From sequence record PP216084: a stretch of DNA of 64,000 nucleotides; one strand, 5' to 3'. The notes under the pieces are model-generated. The model did no database searches, had not been told where the DNA came from, and was given only the letters and a program-made list of their open reading frames with translations. Of the stretch, positions 27,175 through 39,067 are shown piece after piece. The stretch comes from Escherichia phage vB_EcoS_HZ_ZJUN2. The stretch's first letter is position 1. Each line of letters starts with the position of its first letter. The translations under genes and the position numbers were made by a program.

Positions 27175-27789
27175 ATGAGATTACCAGACCCATACACGAA
27201 TCCAGAACTTTCAGGATTAGGATTCGAAAGTGTTAACCTGATTGATAATGACCCAGTAATTCGTGATGAGTTACCAAATGGTAAAGTTAACGAAGTTAAG
27301 GTATCCGCTCAATACTGGGGTATAAATATTTCTTATCCAGAATTATTTCCAGATGAATATAGTGTTCTAGATGCTTTTATTCTAGAATACAAAAGGACTG
27401 GTGGTTATATAGATGTTATATTACCTCAATACGAAGCTTTTAGAGTTAGAGGTAATACTAGCCTAGTAAATATACCTGCTGGACAGAAGGGTTCTAATAT
27501 AACTATGGATACAAAAGGACTTCTCACAGGTATTCCAAAACCGGGGGATCTATTTAAGCTATCTAACCATCCAAAAGTATATAAAATAACATCATTCAAT
27601 AAATCAGGCAATACGTGGTCTATAAACTTATACCCTGATTTATTTATAACTACTACTGGGGCTGAGAAACCAGTGTTTAACGGAATACTATTTAGAACAA
27701 AACTCATGAATGGTGATGCTTTCGGATCTACATTAAATAATAACGGAACATATTCCGGCATCTCATTAAATTTACGGGAAAGTTTATGA
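27175..27789 (+). CDS. Distal tail protein pb9-like, 204 aa
   Basis: Position directly after tape measure; length equals recalled T5 pb9. Confidence 0.6.
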   Translation: MRLPDPYTNPELSGLGFESVNLIDNDPVIRDELPNGKVNEVKVSAQYWGINISYPELFPDEYSVLDAFILEYKRTGGYIDVILPQYEAFRVRGNTSLVNIPAGQKGSNITMDTKGLLTGIPKPGDLFKLSNHPKVYKITSFNKSGNTWSINLYPDLFITTTGAEKPVFNGILFRTKLMNGDAFGSTLNNNGTYSGISLNLRESL

Positions 27790-30635
27790 AGAAAATACTA
27801 GATAGTGCTAGAAACTACTTAAAAAATAATAGCAGAATAAAAACTGCTAGTCTAATTTCCCTAGAATTACCTGGCTCTACTGGTACTAGTACTGCTTTTA
27901 TTTATTTAACTGATTATTTTAGAGATGTACTATATAATGGTATTTTGTACCAGGCTGGTAAGGTTAAGTCCATTAGCACACATAAACAAAATAGAGATTT
28001 ATCTATTGGCAGTCTATCTTTTACTATTACAGGTACAGCGCAGGATGAAGTACTGAAACTAGTGCAGAATGGTGTGTCCTTTTTAGATAGACTAGTATCA
28101 ATCCACCAAGCAATTATTACAGAGGATGGTTCTATTTTACCTGTAGACCCAGACACAAATGGCCCATTATTATATTTTAGAGGGAGAATTACCGGCGGGG
28201 GTATTAAGGACAACATTAGTACTTCTGGGGTTGGAACCTCTACAATTACTTGGAATTGTTCTAACCAATTCTATGATTTTGATAGGGTTAATGGTAGATT
28301 TACTGATGATGCTTCTCATAGGGGGCTTGAGGTTGTAGCAGGACAATTAGTTCCATCTAACGGGGCTAAAAGACTTGAGTACCAAGAAGATTATGGGTTC
28401 TTTCATGCCAATAAAAGCATCTCTATTCTAGCAAAGTATCAGGTACAGGAAGAAAGATACAAGCTAAAGTCTAAGAAAAAACTATTTGGTTTATCTAGAA
28501 GCTATAGTCTTAAAAAGTATTATGAGACTGTTACTAAAGAAATAGATATAGATTTTAACCTTGCTGCTAAGTATATACCAGTAGTTTATGGTGTACAGAA
28601 AATACCGGGAATACCTATTTTTGCGGATACGGAACTACACAATCCTAATATAGTTTACGTAGTATATGCTTTTGCTGAAGGAGAGATAGACGGTTTTCTT
28701 GACTTTTCCTTCGGGGATAACCCTATGATTTGTATGGACTCTAATGATAGCTCTGCTAGAACCTGTTTCGGTGTTAAAAAAGTAGCAGGAGACACCATGC
28801 AAAGAATAGCATCAGGAGTATCTTCTAGTAGTCCTTCTGTGCATGGTCAGGAATATAAGTATAATGATGGTAATGGTGATATAAGGATTTGGACTTACCA
28901 TGGAAAAGCTGATCAAACTGCTTCTGAAGTATTAGTAGACATAGCGAAAGAACGTGGGTTCTACCTTCAAAATATGAACGGTAATGGGCCCGAGTACTGG
29001 GATACTAGGTATAAGCTACTAGATACTGCATACGCGGTAGTACGCTTTACTATTAATGAAAATAGAACTGAGATCCCAGAAGTTAGTGCTGAGATTCAGG
29101 GTAAGAAGATAAAAATCTATCATTCTGATGGTAGAGTAACTGCTAATAGCACTAGTTTAAATGGTATTTGGCAAACACTTGATTACTTAACTTCAGATAG
29201 ATACGGTGCTAACATTACTATTGATCAGTTTCCTCTTCAACAATTGATACAGGAAGCTGCTATCCTAGATATTATAGATGAATCTTACCAAGTATCCTGG
29301 CAGCCATACTGGAGATACGTTGGGTGGACTGATCCATTAGCAGAAAATAGACAAATAGTACAAATGAATACTATTCTAGATACATCTGAATCAGTATTTA
29401 AAAACGTGCAAGGTTTACTAGAATCCTACGGTGGGGCTATTAACAACTTATCTGGCCAGTATAGGATTACTGTAGAAAAATACTCTAATACTCCATTAGA
29501 GATTAATTTTCTGGATACTTATGGTGATTTAGAGCTATCAGATACTACTGGTAGAAATAAATTCAACTCAGTTCAAGCATCTATCGTAGATCCTGCTCTT
29601 AGCTGGAAAACTAACTCTATTACCTTTTACAACTCTAAATATAAAGAGCAAGATAAAAATTTAGACAAAAAATTACAATTATCTTTTGCAAATATAACTA
29701 ACTACTATACTGCTAGAAGTTTTGCAGACAGAGAGCTTAAAAAATCTAGATATTCTAGAACCCTCTCATTTTCTTTACCATACCAATTCATTGGTATTGA
29801 GCCTAATGATGCTATTGCATTTACATACGACCGTTATGGATGGGATAAGAAATACTTTTTAGTAGATGAAGTAGAAAACTCTAGAGAAGGAAAGATAAAC
29901 GTCACCCTACAGGAATATGGAGAAGATGTATTTATCAACTCTGATCAAGTAGATAATAGCGGTAATGATATACCAGATATTAGTAACAACGTTCTTCCTC
30001 CTAGAGATTTTAAATATACTCCTACACCCGGTGGTTTAGTTGGTTCTATAGGAAAAAATGGTGAGTTATCTTGGCTTCCAAGCTTAACTAATAACGTAGT
30101 TTATTACTCTATCGTGCATTCCGGTCATGCTGAGCCTTATATTGTGCAGCAACTAGAAACAAATCCCAATGAACGCATGATCCAAGAGATAATTGGAGAA
30201 CCTGCAGGTTTAGCAATATTTGAAATAAGGGCTGTGGATATAAACGGTAGAAGAAGTTCTCCAGTAACATTATCTATAGAACTTAACTCTGCTAAAAACC
30301 TAAGCGTAGTGTCTAATTTTAGAGTAACTAATACGGCCTCTGGGGATGTAACTGAGTTTGTCGGCCCAGATGTAAAACTAGCTTGGGATAGGATACCGGA
30401 AGAAGATATAATAGAAAGTATATTCTATACTCTGGAGATCTATGATTCTCAGAATAGAATGCTAAGAAGTGTACGCATTGAAAATCAGTATACTTATGAC
30501 TATTTATTAATGTATAATAAGGCAGATTTTGCTCTTCATAACAGTGGTGCTCTAGGGATCAATAGAAAACTATATTTTCGTATTAGAGCAGAAGGAGATG
30601 ATGGAGAACAGTCTGTGGAGTGGGCATCCATTTAA
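27786..30635 (+). CDS. Baseplate hub / tail tip protein pb3-like, 949 aa
   Basis: Position after distal tail protein; length equals recalled T5 pb3. Confidence 0.65.
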   Translation: MKKILDSARNYLKNNSRIKTASLISLELPGSTGTSTAFIYLTDYFRDVLYNGILYQAGKVKSISTHKQNRDLSIGSLSFTITGTAQDEVLKLVQNGVSFLDRLVSIHQAIITEDGSILPVDPDTNGPLLYFRGRITGGGIKDNISTSGVGTSTITWNCSNQFYDFDRVNGRFTDDASHRGLEVVAGQLVPSNGAKRLEYQEDYGFFHANKSISILAKYQVQEERYKLKSKKKLFGLSRSYSLKKYYETVTKEIDIDFNLAAKYIPVVYGVQKIPGIPIFADTELHNPNIVYVVYAFAEGEIDGFLDFSFGDNPMICMDSNDSSARTCFGVKKVAGDTMQRIASGVSSSSPSVHGQEYKYNDGNGDIRIWTYHGKADQTASEVLVDIAKERGFYLQNMNGNGPEYWDTRYKLLDTAYAVVRFTINENRTEIPEVSAEIQGKKIKIYHSDGRVTANSTSLNGIWQTLDYLTSDRYGANITIDQFPLQQLIQEAAILDIIDESYQVSWQPYWRYVGWTDPLAENRQIVQMNTILDTSESVFKNVQGLLESYGGAINNLSGQYRITVEKYSNTPLEINFLDTYGDLELSDTTGRNKFNSVQASIVDPALSWKTNSITFYNSKYKEQDKNLDKKLQLSFANITNYYTARSFADRELKKSRYSRTLSFSLPYQFIGIEPNDAIAFTYDRYGWDKKYFLVDEVENSREGKINVTLQEYGEDVFINSDQVDNSGNDIPDISNNVLPPRDFKYTPTPGGLVGSIGKNGELSWLPSLTNNVVYYSIVHSGHAEPYIVQQLETNPNERMIQEIIGEPAGLAIFEIRAVDINGRRSSPVTLSIELNSAKNLSVVSNFRVTNTASGDVTEFVGPDVKLAWDRIPEEDIIESIFYTLEIYDSQNRMLRSVRIENQYTYDYLLMYNKADFALHNSGALGINRKLYFRIRAEGDDGEQSVEWASI

Positions 30636-32692
30636 TGATTTCGAATAATGCACCAGCCAAAATGGTCTTAAATAGTATAATGACTGGATATACAATGGCG
30701 TATGTCCAGCACTCTATATATACTGACTATGACGTTATTGGTAGATCTTTTTGGTTAAAGACTGGAGAAAGTATAGATAGACGTGATTATACTGGTATAG
30801 ATACTTTCTTCGTAATGATTAATAATCTAACCCCTTCAACCTATTATGAGATTCAAGGGGCTTTTTATGATTCTATTATAGATTCTGAGCTACTAGAGGC
30901 TAAAATTGGTATCATTCTATCTAATGATACCAATTTTAAGACAAAAGAGAAGCCAACAATTGTTGCAGCAAGATCTGAGTCAGAACCTGTGGATGTTGGG
31001 GTAGGCGCACCGATAGTTGTTGTTGAAACAACTGGTGAAGCAAGCTACTGTACTATTGAGTTAAAAAGTACAGCTTCTGAAGACAGTCCTTGGACTAAGT
31101 ATTACATTGGGGCTTTAGGTTCTACTATTAAATTTGGCGGAGTTCCTATCGGAGATTATAAGATCAGAATATCTGGTCAAGTAACTATGCCTGATGGTGT
31201 TACAGTTGATTCTTCTGGGTATTATGAATTCCCTAATATTTTAACAGTAGCTTATAATTTTGTTCCTCCTACCGCACCGATTAATATTATTTTTAAAGCT
31301 GCACGAATTGCTGATGGTAAAGAACGCTATGATGTTAGAATTGAGTGGGATTGGGAACGCGGTGGTGGTGCTAATGTTCGTGAGTTCTTGGTTACATATA
31401 TAAATTCTGAAGAATACGCTAAGACTGGCTGGGCTAAAGCTCAAAAGATAAACGTTGGTGCTGCCAGAGCTGCAACAATTATATCATTCCCATGGAAAGT
31501 TGAGCATACTTTTAAGGTATCATCAATTGCCTGGGGACCAAATAAGCAGGATATAACAGAATCAGCTCCGGTAACATTTATATTGAATGAAGATACTCCT
31601 CTAGACAACAGCTTTGTCAATGAGACTGGTATTGATGTTAACTACGCCTTTATTAAGGGTAGCATGAAAGATGGAGAAATCTGGAGACAGACATTCTTAA
31701 TCGATGCAGCTACTGGTGCTATTAACATTGGTCTGCTAGATGAAGAGGGAAAAGCACCTATTTCTTTTGATCCTATAAACCGTGTTGTTAACGTTGATGG
31801 TAAAGTAATTACTAGAGATATTAATGCTGCGAACTTTATCATGACTAACTTATCTGGTAAGGATAATCCAGCAATTTACACTCAAGGTAAATCTTGGGGA
31901 GATAATAACTCCGGTATTTGGATGGGTATGGATAATACCTCTGCCAAAGCTAAGTTAGACATTGGTAATGCCACACAGTGGATTCGTTATGATGGTGATG
32001 TGCTACGTATTTCTAGTGGAGTAGTTATTGGAACTCCTAATGGCGACGTAGATATTGGTACTGGGATGCAGGGTAAACAAACAGTATTTGTTTATAAGTT
32101 AGCAACATCTCTACCCGCTAAACCACTAGAACAAGATTACCCACCTCCTGGTTGGTCTAAAACCCCACCTAACCGCACAGATATGACTCAAAATATTTAT
32201 GCGACTACAGGTACACTTGACCCAGTAACTAATAAGCTACTTACGGGTACTAGCTGGTCTGACGTAGTTCAATGGAGTGGTACTGAAGGTACTATAGGTG
32301 CAGATGGGCAAAGAGGTCCTGGCATGTATTCTTTAGGTATTCCAGGTCTTGGAGGCTGGGATGATGGACAAGCTAACGCCTTCTTCCAGAATAACTTTGG
32401 TAGTCCACCAGTTAGATATGATGTATTGACTGAGTTTAATAGTAATGCTCCGCAATCTGCATTTACTCGTCAATGGAATGGTTCCAGTTGGATTAACCCT
32501 GCAATGGTTCTTCATGGCAACATGATTGTTAATGGAACTGTGACTGCTGATAAGATTGTGGCAGGAAATGCCTTCTTATCACAAATCGGTGTTAATATAA
32601 TCTATGATAGAAATGCCGCGTTATCAGGGAACCCTGAAGCATACTACAAGATGAAGATAGACCTAAATAGTGGGTATATCCATATAAGGTAA
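30620..32692 (+). CDS. Central straight fibre protein pb4-like, 690 aa
   Basis: Synteny; repeated beta-rich segments consistent with fibronectin-like tandem domains. Confidence 0.55.
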   Translation: MGIHLMISNNAPAKMVLNSIMTGYTMAYVQHSIYTDYDVIGRSFWLKTGESIDRRDYTGIDTFFVMINNLTPSTYYEIQGAFYDSIIDSELLEAKIGIILSNDTNFKTKEKPTIVAARSESEPVDVGVGAPIVVVETTGEASYCTIELKSTASEDSPWTKYYIGALGSTIKFGGVPIGDYKIRISGQVTMPDGVTVDSSGYYEFPNILTVAYNFVPPTAPINIIFKAARIADGKERYDVRIEWDWERGGGANVREFLVTYINSEEYAKTGWAKAQKINVGAARAATIISFPWKVEHTFKVSSIAWGPNKQDITESAPVTFILNEDTPLDNSFVNETGIDVNYAFIKGSMKDGEIWRQTFLIDAATGAINIGLLDEEGKAPISFDPINRVVNVDGKVITRDINAANFIMTNLSGKDNPAIYTQGKSWGDNNSGIWMGMDNTSAKAKLDIGNATQWIRYDGDVLRISSGVVIGTPNGDVDIGTGMQGKQTVFVYKLATSLPAKPLEQDYPPPGWSKTPPNRTDMTQNIYATTGTLDPVTNKLLTGTSWSDVVQWSGTEGTIGADGQRGPGMYSLGIPGLGGWDDGQANAFFQNNFGSPPVRYDVLTEFNSNAPQSAFTRQWNGSSWINPAMVLHGNMIVNGTVTADKIVAGNAFLSQIGVNIIYDRNAALSGNPEAYYKMKIDLNSGYIHIR

Positions 32693-32697
32693 TTATA

Positions 32698-33120
32698 ATG
32701 AGTACAGAAAACCGAGTTATTGATATTATTATTGATGAAAAAGTACCTTATGGTCTTATCATGCAATTTATGGATGTTGATGATAGTGTATATCCCCCAA
32801 CAGAAGTTCCTGTTAACTTAACCGGATATTCACTCCGAGGAACTATTAAGTCTAGCTTAGACGAGAACGCCGAAGTTCTAGCTAACTTTAAAACTCGTGT
32901 TATTGATGCTGCTCAAGGTGCTGCTGCAATTAGTCTTTCCGTTGCAGACGTTACTAATATTGGTGAAAAAGCATCTAAAGAACGTGATAAGTATAACCCA
33001 AGACAACGTTTTGCTGGTTATTATGATATCCTAATGACTCGTGATGTAATTGGCTCTGAAGTCAGTTCTTTCCGTATTATGGAAGGTAAAGTATACATCA
33101 GCGATGGAGTAACTCAATAA
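32698..33120 (+). CDS. Collar protein p132-like, 140 aa
   Basis: Synteny (immediately upstream of fibre genes); stop overlaps fibre start. Confidence 0.5.
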   Translation: MSTENRVIDIIIDEKVPYGLIMQFMDVDDSVYPPTEVPVNLTGYSLRGTIKSSLDENAEVLANFKTRVIDAAQGAAAISLSVADVTNIGEKASKERDKYNPRQRFAGYYDILMTRDVIGSEVSSFRIMEGKVYISDGVTQ

Positions 33121-36100
33121 TGGCACTTAAAACTAAAATTATTGTACAGCAGATCCTGAACATAGATGACACTACAACTACTGCTAGTAAGTATCCTAAA
33201 TATACAGTAGTTTTAGGTAATTCTACTAGTTCTATTACTGCTGGTGAATTAACTGCTGCTGTAGAGGCCGCTGCAGGATCCGCTGCTGCTGCTAAAAATT
33301 CTGAAATAGCAGCTAAAGACTCTGAAAATAAAGCTAAAGATTCAGAAATTCAGGCAGGTATTCATGCTGATGCTTCTGAGGCTTCAGCAACCCAGTCTGC
33401 TGCTTCTGCTGCTGAATCTGAAAAACAAGCTAACTTATCTCAAAGTAGTGCTGAAAACTCTGCTGCTTCTGCCTTAGAATCTAAAAATTTTAGAGACGCT
33501 GCCGCACTTGCTGCTCAAAATGCAGAGCAGAGTAAGATTTTAGCAGATCAAGCTCAAAGAGCGGCAGAAGCTGCCCAGACAGCGGCTGAAACAGCTAGGA
33601 CTGGCGCTGAAACAGCAAAAGCTGGAGCAGATGCTGCTGCTACAACTGCTGGAGAACACGCTGCTGCTGCGAAACAATCAGAATTAAATGCTAAAACTTC
33701 TGAGACTAATGCTGCTAGCTCTGCTACAGAAGCGGGTGACAAAGCTATTGATGCTACTACTGAAGCAGATCGTGCTAAAGCTGAAGCAGATCGTGCAACT
33801 CAGATTGTTGATAGTAAACTTGATAAGGTAGATATTTCTGGCTTCATCAAAGTTTATAAGACTAAAGCAGAAGCCGATGCTGATGTTGGAAGTCGTGTAC
33901 TAGGGGAGAAGATCCTAGTATGGAACCAAACTGATTCAAAGTACGGATGGTATAAAGTAGCTGGAACTGCTGAAGCTCCTGTTTTAGAGCTAGTAGAGAC
34001 AGAGCAAAAGCTAGTTTCTATTAACAACGTTCGTGCAGATGACGCAGGTAACGTACAGATTACTCTTCCTGGTGGTAACCCCTCTCTATGGCTGGGTGAA
34101 GTTACTTGGTTCCCTTATGATAAGGATTCAGGTGTTGGCTACCCTGGTGTTCTTCCTGCTGATGGTCGTGAAGTTCTTCGAGTAGACTATCCAGATACTT
34201 GGGAAGCTATTGAGGCTGGCTTAATCCCTTCTGTTACCGAAGAACAATGGCAAGCAGGTGCAACTCTCTACTTCTCCACTGGTAATGGTACTACTACTTT
34301 CCGTCTACCTGATATGATGCAGGGGCAGGCTTTCCGTGCACCTACTAAGGGGGAAGAAGATGGTGGTGCTATCAAGGAACAAATCCCTTATATCACTACT
34401 GTGAATGGAATTAGTCCTGCTGACGATACTGGAGCTATTAAGCTCCCTTACGTGGCGATGGTTAATGGAACTATTATACCAGATGAGAATGGAAACCTAG
34501 CACTAGGTAACGTTGTTACTAAGAATGTTTGGAATGGCACTAATGGAGAAGTTCTGCTTCGCGGTGCTTTTGGTTTAGGTGGTGTTGGTATTACATTAAA
34601 TGAACCAGATCTAGTATCCTTCTTTAAAGCTATGAGGGCCTTTGGTTCTGGGTATTATCGCAACGATACTGGAGTTGAAGGCTTGCCCGCGTATTCTGCA
34701 GGTTTCTACTCTAGAACAGCAGATACTAACTCATTTATCTGTTCTGGGTATGGTAGTGCCGTAGTATTTGCAGCTGCAATCAATGATGCTATTTTAGATA
34801 GTGAAAACCCTATTGTTCATACTAATATTCTTTATGGTACTGTTAATAAGCCGGATCTAAATGGTGATACTAATGGAGTTCTTAGTGTTGGTAAAGGTGG
34901 TACTGGAGCTACCACAGTTAGTGCTGCTAAGAAAGCTTTAGAAGTTGGTGGAGTTTTCTGTAATGATAGCCCAGCTGATGCTGCTTTCAACTCTCTCCAG
35001 AGCCCTGCTGGTATTCATGAGTTTAGACTAACTAATGAGGGGTTATGGGGTGTATGGAAGAAGGAGGAAGAAACGGTAGCTGCGTTGCCTATAGGCTCTG
35101 GAGGTACGGGAGCTACTGATAAAGTTGCTGCACGTGATAACTTTGGATTGGGGTATCATAATACTCCTAGATTTACTGGGGTAGATCTATCTAACCCCGA
35201 AAGTATACCCTATAGTGGTATCCTTAACCTAAACAGGCTAAAGGAATCTGATCAAAATGTTATTACTCAGGGTAGAATCTATCATGAGATGCAATCAGGC
35301 TTGGCTAAAATTACCCTTCATATTAACAATACTTTAAATAGTGCAAACCGTTATATACAGTTTGTAGAAAATGGTGATTTAACTGGGCTACAGAATGTAC
35401 ATGCAGTTAACTACCTTGCAAGTGGTTATGTTACAGCCCAGGGATGGATCAAAGGCGGGGAAAAAATCTATATACAGCAAACAGGTGGTGGCAACAGGGA
35501 AATTAGTATGGCTGTACCTACTCCTAATAATGACCCTGGTGCTGGTTCTTGGGTTAACTTACTACAGGGTAACTGGTATAACGGTTACTGGCAAGTAGGT
35601 GGTATCCGTGGTAGTGGACAAGATTTAACCTGTCTTCGCATTGGTGTTAATAACGCTGGTACTGATTGGAAGGAATTCAATTTCTACAACACCTATGGTG
35701 GCCATATAACTGCTCCAAAAGGTTTTCGTGGTCAGTGTACTCAAGGATATTGGGGCTTAGAGTGGGATTACATGGGCGCTCCATTTCATGCAGAGTCTGT
35801 AACAAATAATGATGGTGGTTGGTCTCCTATAGTATCGGGAGGTTCTTTATCCGCTGGTGGATATCATTTAAGAATAGGCCTTGGCTGTATCTCTAATGGT
35901 AACACTGCATGGCCTGACGCTGCTCTTAAGTTAAATGGGGATGGCCAGTTCCACCGTTCATTCAACTTTAGAACAAACGGTAGCGTGTATACTTGGGGTA
36001 ATGATCCTTGGGGAGGTAACTATGACTTTGCTATGAACCCTTCTTCAGATAGAGATATCAAAAGAGATATTAATTATGATGATGGGTTAGCCTCCTATGA

Positions 36101-36470
36101 GAATATAAAGCAATTTAAACCTACCACATTTATCTATAAACTAGATAAGTATAATCGTGTACGCCGTGGTGTTATTGCTCAAGATCTTTATAAAATTGAC
36201 CCTGAGTACGTAAAACTGGTTCCTGGTTCCCCTATCATAGAAACTCCAGAACATCATTGCTGTGACGAAAAAACTGAGAACGTAGAAAGTAAGATCATTG
36301 ACTATGAGGATGATACTTTAGCTCTGGATATTAACCCAATTGCTATTGATACAGCTTTAGCAGTTCGTTACTTATCTCTAAAGTTCGAAGAGTCCCAGGA
36401 AGAACTGAAGTCCGTTAAGGCAGAACTGGCAGAGTTAAAAGCTCTAGTAGCCACTCTGGTAAATAAGTAA
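33120..36470 (+). CDS. L-shaped tail fibre protein (LtfA-like), 1116 aa, with C-terminal intramolecular chaperone domain
   Basis: N-terminal Ala/Ser/Glu coiled-coil; repeated GGTGAT motifs; C-terminal SDRDIKRDI...RRGVIAQDL segment typical of self-cleaving chaperone. Confidence 0.75.
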   Translation: MALKTKIIVQQILNIDDTTTTASKYPKYTVVLGNSTSSITAGELTAAVEAAAGSAAAAKNSEIAAKDSENKAKDSEIQAGIHADASEASATQSAASAAESEKQANLSQSSAENSAASALESKNFRDAAALAAQNAEQSKILADQAQRAAEAAQTAAETARTGAETAKAGADAAATTAGEHAAAAKQSELNAKTSETNAASSATEAGDKAIDATTEADRAKAEADRATQIVDSKLDKVDISGFIKVYKTKAEADADVGSRVLGEKILVWNQTDSKYGWYKVAGTAEAPVLELVETEQKLVSINNVRADDAGNVQITLPGGNPSLWLGEVTWFPYDKDSGVGYPGVLPADGREVLRVDYPDTWEAIEAGLIPSVTEEQWQAGATLYFSTGNGTTTFRLPDMMQGQAFRAPTKGEEDGGAIKEQIPYITTVNGISPADDTGAIKLPYVAMVNGTIIPDENGNLALGNVVTKNVWNGTNGEVLLRGAFGLGGVGITLNEPDLVSFFKAMRAFGSGYYRNDTGVEGLPAYSAGFYSRTADTNSFICSGYGSAVVFAAAINDAILDSENPIVHTNILYGTVNKPDLNGDTNGVLSVGKGGTGATTVSAAKKALEVGGVFCNDSPADAAFNSLQSPAGIHEFRLTNEGLWGVWKKEEETVAALPIGSGGTGATDKVAARDNFGLGYHNTPRFTGVDLSNPESIPYSGILNLNRLKESDQNVITQGRIYHEMQSGLAKITLHINNTLNSANRYIQFVENGDLTGLQNVHAVNYLASGYVTAQGWIKGGEKIYIQQTGGGNREISMAVPTPNNDPGAGSWVNLLQGNWYNGYWQVGGIRGSGQDLTCLRIGVNNAGTDWKEFNFYNTYGGHITAPKGFRGQCTQGYWGLEWDYMGAPFHAESVTNNDGGWSPIVSGGSLSAGGYHLRIGLGCISNGNTAWPDAALKLNGDGQFHRSFNFRTNGSVYTWGNDPWGGNYDFAMNPSSDRDIKRDINYDDGLASYENIKQFKPTTFIYKLDKYNRVRRGVIAQDLYKIDPEYVKLVPGSPIIETPEHHCCDEKTENVESKIIDYEDDTLALDINPIAIDTALAVRYLSLKFEESQEELKSVKAELAELKALVATLVNK

Positions 36471-36513
36471 GAGTATAGGGGAGTAATTCTCCCCTATTTA
36501 CTAAGGAAATACT

Positions 36514-38757
36514 ATGTCACGTAATTTAATGCCTAAATCTGGCGCAATGGCGCCTTACGTAGTAGTTAACAGAGACGCTGCAGTTGCAGGAGTATTCTCT
36601 GTTGATGGAGAGGCTGGTGCTGTTGTACTAACCTCCAAGTATCTTCAAATATCTAACTATACTATAGATAAAGAAGAATTAAATACTCGTTTAACTGGTA
36701 TTGATAGTTCCATTCAGAACAATGTAGAGGCTATTGGCAATATTAATACTGCAATTGGTAGTATTAATAGTACTCTCAATACTAAAGCTGCTAAAGGTGC
36801 TAATAATGATATTACAGAATTAAATGCGCTTACTAAGGCTATTACTATAGCTCAGGGTGGGACAGGTGCTAGCACTGCGGAAAATGCTAGAGTTAACTTA
36901 GAGCTTAATAGGTTTAAGCAGTTCCCCGGTGAAACTCTAGTATATAGTCCTTCTGCGACAAACTATCTTACTGTTGGTGAAGGTACTACATGGGGAGTTT
37001 ATAGCACAGCTTCTGGTACATTTATACCTTTACCTATTCAATCTGGTGGGACAGGTGCTAGTACTCCTGCGGAGGCCTTAACTAAGCTGCTAGATGGTAA
37101 ACCTCTAGCATTAGCCGCCGATGGTCAAGCACCTTATGATGCTGTTACTGTTCGTCAGCTAGCTAATATCTCAGGAGGAGGTGGTGCTAGCATGAGTGGA
37201 GTTATGAATAATCGTATCGGTGCTGTTGAATGGTTCAATGGTAACCGTACTAAACTGCCAGCCGGCTATATACCAGCAGATGGTCAGTTAGTTAGCCGTA
37301 CTGATGCTAAAACAGCAGATCTATGGTCTGCGGTATCTAGTGGTCTATTTTACTCTGTTTCCGACGCTTTATGGATTAATAGTGGGGATCCTGTTAGACC
37401 CTGCGCTTGGAGAGCTTCCTACTCTACTGGTGATGGTTCTACTACTTTCCGAGTTCCAGATCTTAACGGTACTCAGTTAAATAGTATTAAGCATTTATTT
37501 TTATCTGGTAGTTCAGGTGCTACTAATGAACCTTCGGCTAATCAGGTGTGGAATCAGGTTGCCCCTAATATTACTGGTAATTTCTACACTCATGGTAGTA
37601 ACGCAGATGCTGCAGATGCCATGGGGGCTTTTTATTTAAATGCTCAAGATACAGGTAGTTCATTTAATATAGGAGGTACAGATAAGGGAGACCACTTAGG
37701 ATTTTCGGCCTCTAGAAGTAGCAAGACATACGGTCGTGGTGTGGCTTACCAACCAGACCCTGGTGGTACCAGCCCTATTGGTGATCTATACCCTAACCAT
37801 GCAGCCGGTATTTGGATTATCCGTGCTAACGGTTCTTTTAACGCTGCTAGTACAGACTTTTCTTCTATTAATGCTGATGCCTCGGCTCCTGCAGTTAGTA
37901 CAACTGTATTAGGTGGTAAACTAACCTCTCAATACAGAGTGGGTGCAACAGATGCGTATAGGATGCGTATGTATGCTCAAGGTGCCTATGCGCGAAACTT
38001 AGTGGGTGTTATAGCTGTAGAAAACCAATTAGCAAGTGAGATAGATGTGGCCCACTTTAATTTCGGGTTAGATGGTGCAATTAGGTTGGGAAAAGCTATA
38101 GGAGGTTCTTCAACTTCTTTAGCTTATGGGTACACTCCTTTTAGAGCACAAGATTGGTGGAATACTTCCCCCTATGGAGCTTTTGTCCCTATTGTTGGTG
38201 GAGGTACAGGAGGGCCTGGAGGCGCTTGGAGAAGCTATACGGCTCTAGGTACACTTACTATGGGTAGTGATATTAACACTCACCCAAATGCAATGCTTAC
38301 ACAATGCTGGGATTACAATCTTAGTACTGGGGAATCCCCTAGTGGTAACACTGTTAGAAATACTATCTTTAATGGTACTAGTTATGATATTACTTTTGGT
38401 GATAATGCAGGTACTGTTAACTATATATTTAGTAAGTCTCCAATTTCAGATCGTAATAAGAAAAAGGATATTGAATCCTTAAGCACTTCCATTGCTCTGG
38501 AGAATATTAAGCAGATGGAGTATATCTCATTTAAGTACATATATGATAAAGGGAATCAGGTACGTAGAGGTTTTATCGCGCAACAACTAGAGGAGATTGA
38601 TAGTCAATATGTAAGAAAATACGAATCTTCCGACGGTTCTACTTCTCTGGCCCTAGATGAGAATGTGCTTCTATTAGATGCTTTGGCGGCAATTCAAAAT
38701 CTAAGTAATCAGATAGAGGAGCTAAAACTTCAGATAGCTGAGTTAAAGGCTAAGTAA
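36514..38757 (+). CDS. Second tail fibre protein (LtfB-like), 747 aa, with C-terminal intramolecular chaperone domain
   Basis: GGTGAST motifs at two sites; C-terminal SDRNKKKDI...RRGFIAQQL segment paralogous to the preceding fibre. Confidence 0.7.
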   Translation: MSRNLMPKSGAMAPYVVVNRDAAVAGVFSVDGEAGAVVLTSKYLQISNYTIDKEELNTRLTGIDSSIQNNVEAIGNINTAIGSINSTLNTKAAKGANNDITELNALTKAITIAQGGTGASTAENARVNLELNRFKQFPGETLVYSPSATNYLTVGEGTTWGVYSTASGTFIPLPIQSGGTGASTPAEALTKLLDGKPLALAADGQAPYDAVTVRQLANISGGGGASMSGVMNNRIGAVEWFNGNRTKLPAGYIPADGQLVSRTDAKTADLWSAVSSGLFYSVSDALWINSGDPVRPCAWRASYSTGDGSTTFRVPDLNGTQLNSIKHLFLSGSSGATNEPSANQVWNQVAPNITGNFYTHGSNADAADAMGAFYLNAQDTGSSFNIGGTDKGDHLGFSASRSSKTYGRGVAYQPDPGGTSPIGDLYPNHAAGIWIIRANGSFNAASTDFSSINADASAPAVSTTVLGGKLTSQYRVGATDAYRMRMYAQGAYARNLVGVIAVENQLASEIDVAHFNFGLDGAIRLGKAIGGSSTSLAYGYTPFRAQDWWNTSPYGAFVPIVGGGTGGPGGAWRSYTALGTLTMGSDINTHPNAMLTQCWDYNLSTGESPSGNTVRNTIFNGTSYDITFGDNAGTVNYIFSKSPISDRNKKKDIESLSTSIALENIKQMEYISFKYIYDKGNQVRRGFIAQQLEEIDSQYVRKYESSDGSTSLALDENVLLLDALAAIQNLSNQIEELKLQIAELKAK

Positions 38758-38764
38758 AAGAAAA

Positions 38765-38793
38765 CCCCAGTGGATTGTCCACTGGGGTTTTTT
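38765..38793. terminator. Bidirectional intrinsic terminator between convergent late and early units
   Basis: ccccagtgg-attgt-ccactgggg flanked by AAAA upstream and TTTTTT downstream. Confidence 0.7.
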
Positions 38794-38794
38794 A

Positions 38795-39067
38795 TTAATC
38801 TTTACTTCCTTTGATAATACCTAAGTTATACACGGCTAACATGGCTTTGAGAGTTGGATCTTGAGACTCATTACATAGGTTCAAGAATCCTTCTTCATCC
38901 CAATGTTCCACATTACCAAACATATCGACTTTAAGTACAATTTTGTTAAGATCAGGCTGAGCAACAGCCACATGATAGAAATTAGTAGGTTCAACTAAGT
39001 CTAAGCCTACCCCATTAGGGTCAACAAAATTATTTACTTCCTGAACTTCCAAATCCACCTTCTCCAC
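38795..39067 (-). CDS. Hypothetical acidic protein, 90 aa
   Basis: ORF in track; overlaps dUTPase start by 38 nt. Confidence 0.45.
   Translation of the reverse strand: MEKVDLEVQEVNNFVDPNGVGLDLVEPTNFYHVAVAQPDLNKIVLKVDMFGNVEHWDEEGFLNLCNESQDPTLKAMLAVYNLGIIKGSKD

Noticed and set aside
33554-33742. Minus-strand 62 aa ORF
   Set aside because: Antisense to the Ala-rich coiled-coil of the tail fibre gene
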